A stretch of 64,000 bases of DNA, taken from NCBI GenBank assembly GCA_963823335.1, contig CAWGLD010000001.1, positions 448,001-512,000 on the forward strand, read 5' to 3'. Positions 10,184-19,171 of this stretch are shown in pieces. The position numbers were made by a program, and so were the translations under genes. Source of the stretch: an uncultured delta proteobacterium. Lineage in GTDB: Bacteria > Desulfobacterota > Desulfobacteria > Desulfobacterales > B30-G6. The stretch's first letter is position 1. Every line of letters starts with the position of its first letter. The notes under the pieces were generated by a model. The model was not told where the DNA came from. It was given only the letters and a program-made list of their open reading frames with translations, and ran no database searches.

Positions 10184-10939
10184 TTACTGGGCCATAAATC
10201 CGCCATCCAGCACTAACGGATGCCCGGTAATGTAGGAAGATTTATCTGACACCAACCAGACAACCGCCTCCGCCACTTCCTCCATCGTACCCCTACGACC
10301 CATGGGCATAGGATACATTTTTTTTATAATTTCAGGATCATTTCCCTGATAGTGGCTCAGAGGGGTCAATATCGGCCCGGGACATACCGCATTAACCCGA
10401 ATGCCTGTTTCAGCATACTCCAATGCAGCATTACGGGTTAAGCCGATCACACCGTGTTTGCTGGCAACATAAGCGCTCAGGTCCAGCCAGCCCCCGAGGC
10501 CGTTTATCGAGGCTGCATTGACAATTGCCCCCTTGCCCTGGGAAACCATCTGCTGCAATTCATATTTCATGCATAACCAGACCCCTTTGAGATTGATATT
10601 CAGAACCCGGTCCCAGTCTGATTCGGGTAATTCGTGTATTTTGGCCTTGCCATGACTGATCCCGGCATTATTGAAAGCGCAGTCCAGTTGTCCAAAGGCC
10701 TCGACAGATCGAGCCACCATGGCCTCGACATCATGGGTCTTGGACACATCACACTTTATGAATACGGCCGTTCCGCCTTCATCTTCGATCTGTCGAAGGG
10801 TCTTCTGGCCGGCTTCGGCATCAACATCCACAACCGACACTTTAGCACCTTCCCGGGCGAAGAAGAGGGCCGTCATTTGACCGATTCCCGAACCAGCACC
10901 CGTCACCAAGCCGACCCTGTCTGCTAAAACACCACCCAT
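10184..10939 (-). CDS. Short-chain dehydrogenase/reductase
   Basis: TGAGSGIG, AFNNAG, YVASKHG. Confidence 0.92.
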   Translation of the reverse strand: MGGVLADRVGLVTGAGSGIGQMTALFFAREGAKVSVVDVDAEAGQKTLRQIEDEGGTAVFIKCDVSKTHDVEAMVARSVEAFGQLDCAFNNAGISHGKAKIHELPESDWDRVLNINLKGVWLCMKYELQQMVSQGKGAIVNAASINGLGGWLDLSAYVASKHGVIGLTRNAALEYAETGIRVNAVCPGPILTPLSHYQGNDPEIIKKMYPMPMGRRGTMEEVAEAVVWLVSDKSSYITGHPLVLDGGFMAQ

Positions 10940-10948
10940 TTGTCCCCC

Positions 10949-11644
10949 TCAGCTCTTGGCAATAAATTCTTCCACTTCATACACCACTACATTTTCAACT
11001 TGCTCAAAAAATTCCTTTACCAGGGACACCCCACCCGGAAGCATTTTGCGACCCAGCTCTTCCAGATCCAGATCCATATCGGCGTGGTTTGCCCACCAGG
11101 TTTCAATAAAGCCATAGATCTGCTCGTCACCCTTGATAACGCGGTTGATCCTGTTAATGATATACTTTTTCCGGGCGTAATCGGTCTGGGACGCGTTAAG
11201 TACATCCGTGGCATGCTTATGCGTATGATAATGAAAAAAATCATTACCATCAATGCCTTGCGCCAGCTGGTAGAAGGTCATGCGTTTGACAGAATCATGA
11301 TTGAGTTTATCCAGAGCGACGAACTCATCCACTTCAAAGCTGGTATAGCCAGTAACCCGGGAACCAAAATCATCCGAAACGCTCAGTCCATTCGGCAGGA
11401 TGGTCGTATTGAGACGTTGAAACGCACGATCGATATCAGCTTGATTTTCCCACCAGGTTTCCACCATGCCAAACCAGCGCCCCTCACCTGAAATCACCCG
11501 CCGTACCCGATTGATCGTATATCGCTTCAAATAGTCGCCAAAGGCTTTCCGGGCCTGCTCAGCATGAATCTGAGTGTGGTAGTGCCAAAATTCATCGCTG
11601 TCCACACCATCCGGCAGTGAGTAGACGCCCAGTCTTTTTATCAT
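10949..11644 (-). CDS. Tandem two-domain EthD-like (dimeric alpha-beta barrel) protein
   Basis: Two ~110-aa repeats, each with F-x-HYHT-xx-HA, Y-x-INR and ETWW. Confidence 0.7.
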   Translation of the reverse strand: MIKRLGVYSLPDGVDSDEFWHYHTQIHAEQARKAFGDYLKRYTINRVRRVISGEGRWFGMVETWWENQADIDRAFQRLNTTILPNGLSVSDDFGSRVTGYTSFEVDEFVALDKLNHDSVKRMTFYQLAQGIDGNDFFHYHTHKHATDVLNASQTDYARKKYIINRINRVIKGDEQIYGFIETWWANHADMDLDLEELGRKMLPGGVSLVKEFFEQVENVVVYEVEEFIAKS

Positions 11645-11677
11645 TCGCTCTCTCCTTTTTGGCGGGCCATGGTCTTG

Positions 11678-13624
11678 TCAAATACCAATCGCGATCTCGG
11701 CTGCATCATGAACAGCTTTTCGATAGTCCCCTGGGGATTCGCAATCTCCGATTAAATAGACATGTTTCCTGCTTTTCGAAAGCATTTTCCCAAAACGGTT
11801 ATCAGGAACAACACCCACTGCCATCACAACCGTATCGAACCCATGCAATCGGCTCTCCTGTGCATATCGGTCCACCACCAGGTCCAGTTTACCCTCTATG
11901 GCGACAATGCTCCGGACTGCTGTGGATTCGAGAAAACGAAAATTCTTATCCGCCAGCTTGTCCAACAGAACCAGTTCGGCATCATGACTGATGTCAGACA
12001 AGATTCTCGGCAACATTTCCACAACAAGAACCTCCCGTCCGGGTTGGTGTAAGATCACCTCTGCTGTTTCAACCCCCATGGAGCTCCCGCCGATGACAGC
12101 CACCTTTGCTCCGATTTCAACCAACCCGGTCAAGACGTCCTCAGCAGTTACTACTCCTTCAAGACCCGTTCCCCCAATGCTCTTGGGAATCAAGGGGCGT
12201 GCTCCAGTCGCCACATAAATGATGTCCGGATTTAATGTCTCAACATCGTCAAGGGTCAATTCTCTGCCCAGCTGAACGGTAACGCCCAAACGTTGTAACT
12301 CCTTTTTATAGTATGTCAGCCACAAATCCTGATTATTCTTATGCTTGGGAATTTTTGCCAGTAACACCTTGCCACCCACCTGGTCTGCCTTCTCCACCAA
12401 TGTAACGACATGCCCTCGAAGAGCAGATATTCGTGCCGCTTCGAGCCCTGCCGGCCCAGCACCGATGACCAGCACATTCTTAACCGGTTCAACCGGCTTC
12501 AACTGGTCATCAAAAAGTCTTTCCTTGCCCACCGCAGGGTTGACCGCACATCGCATATCCTCAGGCCAAACTGCTGCACCCTTGGCACAACGCAGGCACG
12601 GACGGATCTCATCCAGCCGCCCCTGGCGAGCCTTATTGGGAAGCTCTGGATCCGCAAACAAAGGTCGGCCGATGGCAACCAGATCCGCCTTGCCATCTCT
12701 CAGAATCGATTCGGCAAAAACCGGATCCTCGATGGCACCACAGGCAATTACAGGAACACCGACAACCGATTTAATCCCCTCAGCCAGATAAACATTGTAG
12801 CCCTTGTCAATGCCGGCCGGCAGAAAGCTATACTGGGCGCTGGGAGCCATTCCTGCGGAAACGTGGATGATTTCCGCACCGGACATTTCGAGAATTCTGG
12901 CTATTTCCTTAGCATCATCCAGAGTGTTTCCGCCATTAATGTAATCGTGGCCGTTGATGCGTACACCGATCAACATGTCTTCACCAGCATGCTTGCGGCA
13001 ACTGGCCAGAATTTCACGCACGATACGGGTTCGCCCCTCGACATCACCCCCATATGCATCGGTGCGTTTATTCTGGTAAGGAGACAAAAATCCCGAGAGA
13101 AGATACCCGTGAGCGCAATGGATCTCAATGGCATCAAAGCCCGCTTCTTTGGCCCGGCGTGCAGCCTGGCCAAAATCTTCTACAATTGCTTGGATTTCTT
13201 CGACCGTCGGGGCCCTGGCCGGGTCCTTGCGCACAGGATCAGAAATCCCGGAGGGACTCAACGTCTCACCGCCGGCAATCAGGGCATAACGCTGCCGGCC
13301 TGAATGATATAGCTGGAGCGATACTTTTACATCGTATTTATGGATAGTTTCGACCAATTTCCGAAAACCAGGAATATACTTGTCATGGGTAATGGCCGTT
13401 TGGTTGGGATGTGAAGCACCATTTGGGTGAACATACGTGGCATTGACAATGATAAATCCCACACCGCCTCTTGCGCGGGCCTCATAATAATCAATCAGCC
13501 GTTCTTTAACATAACCCTCTGAACCGGGAATGTATATGGCCATGGGCGGCATGACAATGCGGTTGGCCAGCTCGAATGTTCGTAATTTTATTGGGTTGAA
13601 TAGATGGCTAAATTGGGTACTCAT
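11678..13624 (-). CDS. NADH:flavin oxidoreductase (OYE/FadH/BaiCD-like)
   Basis: NRIVMPPM, EIHCAHGYLL, GAGPAG; Cys motif CLRC..C has only three Cys; GAGGAG SD before ATG 13624. Confidence 0.92.
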   Translation of the reverse strand: MSTQFSHLFNPIKLRTFELANRIVMPPMAIYIPGSEGYVKERLIDYYEARARGGVGFIIVNATYVHPNGASHPNQTAITHDKYIPGFRKLVETIHKYDVKVSLQLYHSGRQRYALIAGGETLSPSGISDPVRKDPARAPTVEEIQAIVEDFGQAARRAKEAGFDAIEIHCAHGYLLSGFLSPYQNKRTDAYGGDVEGRTRIVREILASCRKHAGEDMLIGVRINGHDYINGGNTLDDAKEIARILEMSGAEIIHVSAGMAPSAQYSFLPAGIDKGYNVYLAEGIKSVVGVPVIACGAIEDPVFAESILRDGKADLVAIGRPLFADPELPNKARQGRLDEIRPCLRCAKGAAVWPEDMRCAVNPAVGKERLFDDQLKPVEPVKNVLVIGAGPAGLEAARISALRGHVVTLVEKADQVGGKVLLAKIPKHKNNQDLWLTYYKKELQRLGVTVQLGRELTLDDVETLNPDIIYVATGARPLIPKSIGGTGLEGVVTAEDVLTGLVEIGAKVAVIGGSSMGVETAEVILHQPGREVLVVEMLPRILSDISHDAELVLLDKLADKNFRFLESTAVRSIVAIEGKLDLVVDRYAQESRLHGFDTVVMAVGVVPDNRFGKMLSKSRKHVYLIGDCESPGDYRKAVHDAAEIAIGI

Positions 13625-13673
13625 ACCGCTTCTCCTCATCTGAATATGGCAACCTTTGGTATTGACTGAACGT

Positions 13674-14468
13674 CTAGTGTGATATGATTTGGCTTAAAAA
13701 CTGACAGGTTCGGTCATGCTCGGGACAATCAAAAAAGTCTTTCGGTGGTCTGTCTTCGATGATAAGACCTTCGTCCATCATCATGATCCGGTCGGCCACT
13801 TCCCGTGCGAAACCCATCTCATGCGTAACCACGATCATCGTCATGCCGTCTTTCGCCAGATCGCGCATGACATCCAGAACTTCCTTGATCATCTCTGGGT
13901 CAAGAGCGGAGGTGGGTTCGTCAAACATCATCAACTTTGGGCTCATGGCCAGCCCCCTGGCGATTGCGACACGTTGTTGCTGACCACCTGAAAGGGAAGC
14001 AGGCCTCGCATTTTCTTTTTCAAGGATACCCACCCTGGAGAGAAGTCTGCGGCCCAGATCTTCCGCCTCTTTCCTGGGTATCCCACGAACATCCATAGGG
14101 GCCATGATTACATTTTCCAGAACTGTTTTGTGGGGGAATAAATTGAACTGTTGGAACACCATCCCGGTTTCAGTTCGCAACTGGATCAGACGCTTCTTGT
14201 CTTTGACGGTAATACCGTCCACCACGATATCCCCTGAATCGATAGACTCCAGCCCATTGATACAACGGAGCATCGTGCTTTTTCCACAGCCACTCGGTCC
14301 GCAGACGACAACAACCTGGCCAAGCTTAATTTCGACGCTAATCCCGCGCAGAACATACAATTGGTCAAAGTGTTTATGGATATCCTGAATTGAGACAATG
14401 GGGTCGACTGTGGTGCCTGAATGAGCCGTTCGTGAAACAACTTTGGCGCGAAAAGATAGTATTCCCAT
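13674..14468 (-). CDS. Polar amino-acid ABC ATP-binding protein (GlnQ family)
   Basis: GPSGCGKST, MVFQQFNLFPH, LSGGQQQR, FDEPTSALDPE, VTHEM. Confidence 0.93.
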   Translation of the reverse strand: MGILSFRAKVVSRTAHSGTTVDPIVSIQDIHKHFDQLYVLRGISVEIKLGQVVVVCGPSGCGKSTMLRCINGLESIDSGDIVVDGITVKDKKRLIQLRTETGMVFQQFNLFPHKTVLENVIMAPMDVRGIPRKEAEDLGRRLLSRVGILEKENARPASLSGGQQQRVAIARGLAMSPKLMMFDEPTSALDPEMIKEVLDVMRDLAKDGMTMIVVTHEMGFAREVADRIMMMDEGLIIEDRPPKDFFDCPEHDRTCQFLSQIISH

Positions 14469-14579
14469 ACGTTCGTTCTCCCCAATGCCATCCGACACTA
14501 CTAATGGTTTGTGGACACTCGCGATGATTTATAATGACACGCTACCACGAGATCGACTATAGTTTGGTGAAGATAGTGT

Positions 14580-14608
14580 AATTTATTTTCAAAACTTTTA
14601 ATTGTCAA
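14580..14608 (-). promoter_or_regulatory. Sigma70-like promoter for the ABC-ATPase/OYE operon
   Basis: TTGACA-17 nt-TAAATT on the minus strand in an AT-rich divergent region. Confidence 0.55.
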
Positions 14609-14815
14609 GAATAATTTTGAACATTAATTTAATTTTATAGCGGCTATTTGATTTTACTTGCAATATGCCCGCTTCACAATACCACAGCATTTGCGCTTTC
14701 TCCCCGAGGGGATGCAAGGACAACCTGTTCTTTCAGAAGGATGGCCATATTCTTGATAAGCATTTTGTGACATCCTCAAGGAATCTTTTACTTGACTTTC
14801 AGTTTAAACGTTAAT

Positions 14816-14851
14816 ATGAAATCTAGATATATGTTATATTTTTAGATTCAT
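14816..14851. promoter_or_regulatory. Imperfect palindrome upstream of tetR, candidate operator
   Basis: atgaaatctagatatatgttatatttttagattcat. Confidence 0.35.
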
Positions 14852-14875
14852 CCTATAATATTTGAACAGTTTTCT

Positions 14876-15511
14876 ATGACACCTGCAAAAGAAAAAAATA
14901 AGAAAGAAGCGAAAAAGACAAAACACAAAAGCTTCCGCGAAATCCGATATGAAGAAAAGAAGCTCGCCATCATAAAGAGCGCTGCCAAAGCCTTCGGTCA
15001 AAAAGGTTTCCACGCTGCAACAATTGAAGACATTACAAATGATTTAAAAATGACAAAAGGGAGCCTCTATTATTATTTTTCAACCAAAGAGGAGCTTCTA
15101 TTTAACGCGCATCTGCTATCATTGGAAAAAGTCCTCAAAAATATTATCCAGATAAACGCGAAAAATGACCCACCTGAAATAAAGCTCAAAACCGCCATCT
15201 CAAGACACTTGGAGGTGTTGGCAACGGATTTTGAAGGGGCTTTTCTACTCCAGTATGAATTTCATCTCCCCAACGAGTATCTCGATGAAATCATTGTCAT
15301 GCGGGATACCTACCAGAAAAATTTCATCCAAATCATTGAAGAAGGCATCCAGGCGGGTACGTTTAAATCCCAGAATGCCCGGATGGTAGCCTTCGTCATT
15401 TTAGGGTCCATCAACTGGTTTCTGAGGTGGTACTCCTCCACAGGCAGCTGGACTATTGAGGAAATCTCAGACGCTTATATCGATCTTTTCTGTAACGGCT
15501 TGTTGACCTGA
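14876..15511 (+). CDS. TetR/AcrR-family regulator (KstR2-like C-terminus)
   Basis: HTH GFHAATIEDIT...KGSLYYYFSTKEELL; ILGSINWFLRWY. Confidence 0.92.
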   Translation: MTPAKEKNKKEAKKTKHKSFREIRYEEKKLAIIKSAAKAFGQKGFHAATIEDITNDLKMTKGSLYYYFSTKEELLFNAHLLSLEKVLKNIIQINAKNDPPEIKLKTAISRHLEVLATDFEGAFLLQYEFHLPNEYLDEIIVMRDTYQKNFIQIIEEGIQAGTFKSQNARMVAFVILGSINWFLRWYSSTGSWTIEEISDAYIDLFCNGLLT

Positions 15512-15583
15512 TCCTCGTCAGTCCTTCCTGATCCTTCTTTTTAACGTTACAATCTTCTCCAGCGGGCATACCATCTCCGATCT

Positions 15584-16003
15584 TTATCGGGTTTCCGGCA
15601 TGACATCCATGATCACGCCAAACTTGTGGGCCGCAACCATAAACGCCATGAATGCGCATAGAGCGGCAATTTCTTTCTCTGTAAAAAGGTCTTTGAGTGC
15701 ATTGAAGTCTTCATCCGTTATGGCGTGATGGTCTGTGACAAACGTTTTGGTCAACGCAAGCGCTGCTTTGATTTTAGGGTCTGGATGATCCTCATCCGGT
15801 TTTCCACCGATTACCATTCAATATCGGCAGCCATTCCCCCAGGCTGAGGCTCTTCGGACCTGCTCCAGCAACTCCGGGTCCAACGGCGTTGATGAAAAAA
15901 AGGCTTTCTCAAGCGCAACCCAACCCTTCAGGACTTCAATATTGTGACCAAGAAGCTTTTTAAATGGGGTCAATCCGTTTTTGGACAACGTAATCCGAGA
16001 CAT
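15584..16003 (-). CDS. AhpD/carboxymuconolactone-decarboxylase-like selenoprotein (CxxU), copy 2
   Basis: ORFs 15818-16003 and 15584-15817 are in frame and separated only by TGA in GCRY*M, giving one 139-aa protein; SECIS-like hairpin 18 nt downstream. Confidence 0.85.
15781..15799 (-). promoter_or_regulatory. Bacterial SECIS-like hairpin
   Basis: CCGGATGA-GGA-TCATCCAG, 18 nt after the UGA at 15818-15820. Confidence 0.75.
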
Positions 16004-16028
16004 TCTCCGACTCCAGCTGATAATGAGT

Positions 16029-16493
16029 TCATTTAGAATTTATTGATGGATCCATTGTAGTACCCGCAAGTGATGAGCTGTCTTCAGGGCCAACATCCAT
16101 AAGCACACCGAATTGATGAGAGGCTGACACAAAGACCATAAATGCACACAACTCAGACATCTGCTTTTCACTGAAATGCGCTTTCATCTCCTTAAAGTCC
16201 GAGTCACCAATGGCTTTGGGGTTGCTCACGAATTTATCGGCCAAGGTAACTGCAAGCTGTGTAGAAACATCCTGATGCACCGCATCAGGCCGACCATTGA
16301 TGGCCATTCAATACCGACATCCAAACCCCCATGCCAGGGTCCGACGGACCTGTTCCAGAAGATCGGAATCAACCGAGTTTTTGTTTACAACCGCATCCAT
16401 CATGTGTCTGAATGCGTCGAGAATCTCCGGATTGTGACCAATAATTCGCTGATTCGGCGTGTCGCCAACTGCTGAAAAGCCAATACGGGGCAT
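16029..16493 (-). CDS. AhpD/carboxymuconolactone-decarboxylase-like selenoprotein (CxxU), copy 1
   Basis: ORFs 16308-16493 and 16029-16307 are in frame and separated only by TGA in GCRY*M, giving one 154-aa protein; paralog of the adjacent gene with the same TGA position. Confidence 0.85.
16271..16289 (-). promoter_or_regulatory. Bacterial SECIS-like hairpin
   Basis: CCTGATGC-GGT-GCATCAGG, perfect 8-bp stem, 18 nt after the UGA at 16308-16310. Confidence 0.8.
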
Positions 16494-16526
16494 AGATAAC
16501 TCCTGGTCATGGCAAACTGAAAATCG

Positions 16527-17159
16527 TCATGATGACTTACTGTCAGATGCAATTTCCAATCCCTTTTTAAATGCCGCAAGGTTTAATTCAAATTTTTTAT
16601 CATCGAACTGTTTCTTCAACACGGCGATAAAATCATTTTCCGATATGGGAAACAGATCCAGGCCGATGGCAACACCGCTCATAATTGTATTTGTAAGAAC
16701 GGGTGCTCCCATTTGCAGCGCAATTTCAGATGCATCAATAAATAGTGCTCGGCTTGAAAGCTTTTGTGCTGCATGGATTATCTCGTCCAGCTTCGGATAG
16801 TCAGCGCCTCCGGATGTAACATCAAATGGATAAGAAGGCCGGGTGTTCGAGATAACAACAACGGACGGGTTTCCCCAAGTACCCAGGACGCGCAAGGCCT
16901 CGACCGGTTCAAGACTGATAACGATATCCACCTTGCCACTGGGCGTCAGTGGGCTGTACAAGGACTGCTTGGATATTCGCAAATGGCTTGAAACCGGCCC
17001 CCCGCGCTGAGCGGCACCGTAGGTATCCCCGACGGTAACGGCAAAGCCTTTGTCTGTCAGTGCTCTTCCGAACAGTTGTGCCATCAGGACGTTACCTTGT
17101 CCGCCTACCCCGGTGATAATGGCATTCAAGGGATCTTTTTTCAGACGATGGTTATTCAT
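16527..17159 (-). CDS. iorB: Indolepyruvate:ferredoxin oxidoreductase beta subunit
   Basis: GVGGQG, YGAAQRGGPVSSHLRI, LEPVEALR; ATGA overlap with iorA. Confidence 0.9.
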   Translation of the reverse strand: MNNHRLKKDPLNAIITGVGGQGNVLMAQLFGRALTDKGFAVTVGDTYGAAQRGGPVSSHLRISKQSLYSPLTPSGKVDIVISLEPVEALRVLGTWGNPSVVVISNTRPSYPFDVTSGGADYPKLDEIIHAAQKLSSRALFIDASEIALQMGAPVLTNTIMSGVAIGLDLFPISENDFIAVLKKQFDDKKFELNLAAFKKGLEIASDSKSS

Positions 17160-19090
17160 TTATCTTTTCCTTTTTCGGCCTTCAAGGGCTTCAACAATAT
17201 CGCATCATGCCTGCAGACCTGGGCACAGACACCGCAACCAACACAAATGGCCTCATCGATCTTGGCCTTCTGCGCTTCGGCATCCCACATAATTCCCGGA
17301 CATTTAAATGCCCGGCTGCAATAGCGGTTACATCCGCAATCCTCGCCAACACATTTGCTTTGATCTACCCAGACATCGTAAAGCTTGCCGCTACGGGCCA
17401 TCTGCAGCGCACATTGCTGCCGCATGATCAAAACCCTCGGACCCTGCTTCTCATCATTCATAAAATCCAGGACTTTTTGGGTCGCCTCTTCACTGTTGTA
17501 GGGGTCAACGATATCCACACGAACACCGAGTGATTTGCATATATCTTCGATCAACACAGGTTTTGCAGGATGACCAAAGGTATCCGTACCGGTCCCGGGA
17601 TGGGGCTGAAAGCCTGTCATGGCGGTCGCACCATTGTCGAGCACCACCAACGTCAGGTTCGATTGATTGTTTACCGCGGTAACCAGGGCCGGAAGAGCGC
17701 CATGATAAAAAGTACCATCGCCCACGACGGCTACCACCGGTTGCTTCATATCAAATTGTCCCAGTTTCCCAAATCCGTACCCAACGCCCGGACCGGAGCC
17801 CATGGCCTGTTCCGTTTTCATGATGGAGTACCCGGACGGGAACAACCCAAAACTGTAGCAGCCGATATCACCCGTCACAAAACCATCACGCGTGTCCAGG
17901 ACTTCAGCATTTTTAATGGCCCAGTAACTGGCGCGATGCGGGCATCCGGCGCAGAGCGCCAGCGATCTTGGCGGCACCAGCCGGTCCACCATCTCTTTGG
18001 CCTGCCGATCATATTCAGGCGGTCTGGCTTCATATTTAATCGATAATATTTCGGTTAGGGCCTGAATAATAATATCGGGATTTAACTCACCGGTTGCGGC
18101 AAGCGGCCCGGTACGGCGGCCGTAAAACGTCGGCACCGGAAACTCGGATGCCCATTCCACAGCCAACTCCTTGAGATTGCCTTCCAAAAAGGGCTCTACC
18201 TCTTCAAGAACAAGGATTTTTTGATTGCTTGCCATGTGCTTTTTAATAAGTTCATCAGGAAGGGGCCAAACCGTTCCTATCTTCAGAATCCCCACCCGGT
18301 CCCAGAGATCCAGCAGGTTCATTGCGTCCAGTGAATACAGGTAGCAACTTCCACAGACGATAATGAGAAGTTCCGGATTTTCTGGTCCCTCGTAAAAGTT
18401 GAATACAGAATCCTTGCAAAGCGCCTTCGCCTGAGATAATTTCTCCCTGGCTTCAATATGCTTCGGCAATGACGGAAATGCCACAAACTGTCGTTCAGTG
18501 TCAAAATGCGCTTTGCGCTTCTCCTGGGGCAAGGCACCCAAAACCGTCCTTCCGCGTGCATGCTGCAAGCGGGTAGCGCTTCGAAGAAGAACCATCCGTC
18601 CGATCTTTTCGGAAAGCTCAAGAGCAAACGTGGTCATGTCTTTGGCCTCCTGAAACGTTCCCGGTTCCAGCAACGGGAAGTCGAGAGACCGGGCCAGGGG
18701 ACGTGAATCCTGTTCACTGGTGCTGGTAATCCCCGAGGGGTCGTCACACACCACCAGGACTAAACCACCTTTGGATCCGCTGGTGGAGATACCGGACACA
18801 AAATCCAAGGCCACGTTCAACCCATTCTGTTTCATGGCCGAAAGTCCCCGGAGCCCTGCAAAAGAGGCAGCAGCAGCTGTTTCAACCGCGACTTTCTCAT
18901 TGATCGACCATTCGACGTATATATTCATCTTTTCCGCCACCTGGCGAATCGCCTCGGTAATCTCCGTCGAAGGGTTTCCAGGATAGGAAGCCACCACATT
19001 CACGCCGCCTTCAAGTGCACCACGTCCAATGGCTTCACTGCCCAGGAGCAGCTCTACCCGGCCCTCTGTTTTATTTGAAATGTCCGCCAT
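17156..19090 (-). CDS. iorA: Indolepyruvate:ferredoxin oxidoreductase alpha subunit
   Basis: YPGNPSTE, NEKVAVE, MKQNGLN, CAGCPHR, GDIGCY, GDGTFYH, C-terminal ferredoxin. Confidence 0.92.
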   Translation of the reverse strand: MADISNKTEGRVELLLGSEAIGRGALEGGVNVVASYPGNPSTEITEAIRQVAEKMNIYVEWSINEKVAVETAAAASFAGLRGLSAMKQNGLNVALDFVSGISTSGSKGGLVLVVCDDPSGITSTSEQDSRPLARSLDFPLLEPGTFQEAKDMTTFALELSEKIGRMVLLRSATRLQHARGRTVLGALPQEKRKAHFDTERQFVAFPSLPKHIEAREKLSQAKALCKDSVFNFYEGPENPELLIIVCGSCYLYSLDAMNLLDLWDRVGILKIGTVWPLPDELIKKHMASNQKILVLEEVEPFLEGNLKELAVEWASEFPVPTFYGRRTGPLAATGELNPDIIIQALTEILSIKYEARPPEYDRQAKEMVDRLVPPRSLALCAGCPHRASYWAIKNAEVLDTRDGFVTGDIGCYSFGLFPSGYSIMKTEQAMGSGPGVGYGFGKLGQFDMKQPVVAVVGDGTFYHGALPALVTAVNNQSNLTLVVLDNGATAMTGFQPHPGTGTDTFGHPAKPVLIEDICKSLGVRVDIVDPYNSEEATQKVLDFMNDEKQGPRVLIMRQQCALQMARSGKLYDVWVDQSKCVGEDCGCNRYCSRAFKCPGIMWDAEAQKAKIDEAICVGCGVCAQVCRHDAILLKPLKAEKGKDK

Positions 19091-19171
19091 TCATTACCTC
19101 CACGTTCATTGCGTACCGGTCGTACCAAAATCATCAAGACGATTTAGAGAACATGTCCAAATCGCTGGCAA

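Noticed and set aside
12410-13303. 297-aa ORF and similar long antisense ORFs (53842-54711, 55060-55899, 62752-63477)
   Set aside because: All lie opposite well-supported genes and lack motifs
15584-16493. Four independent small genes or two nonsense pseudogenes
   Set aside because: The same TGA at the catalytic Cys position in both diverged paralogs, plus covarying hairpins, fits Sec recoding better
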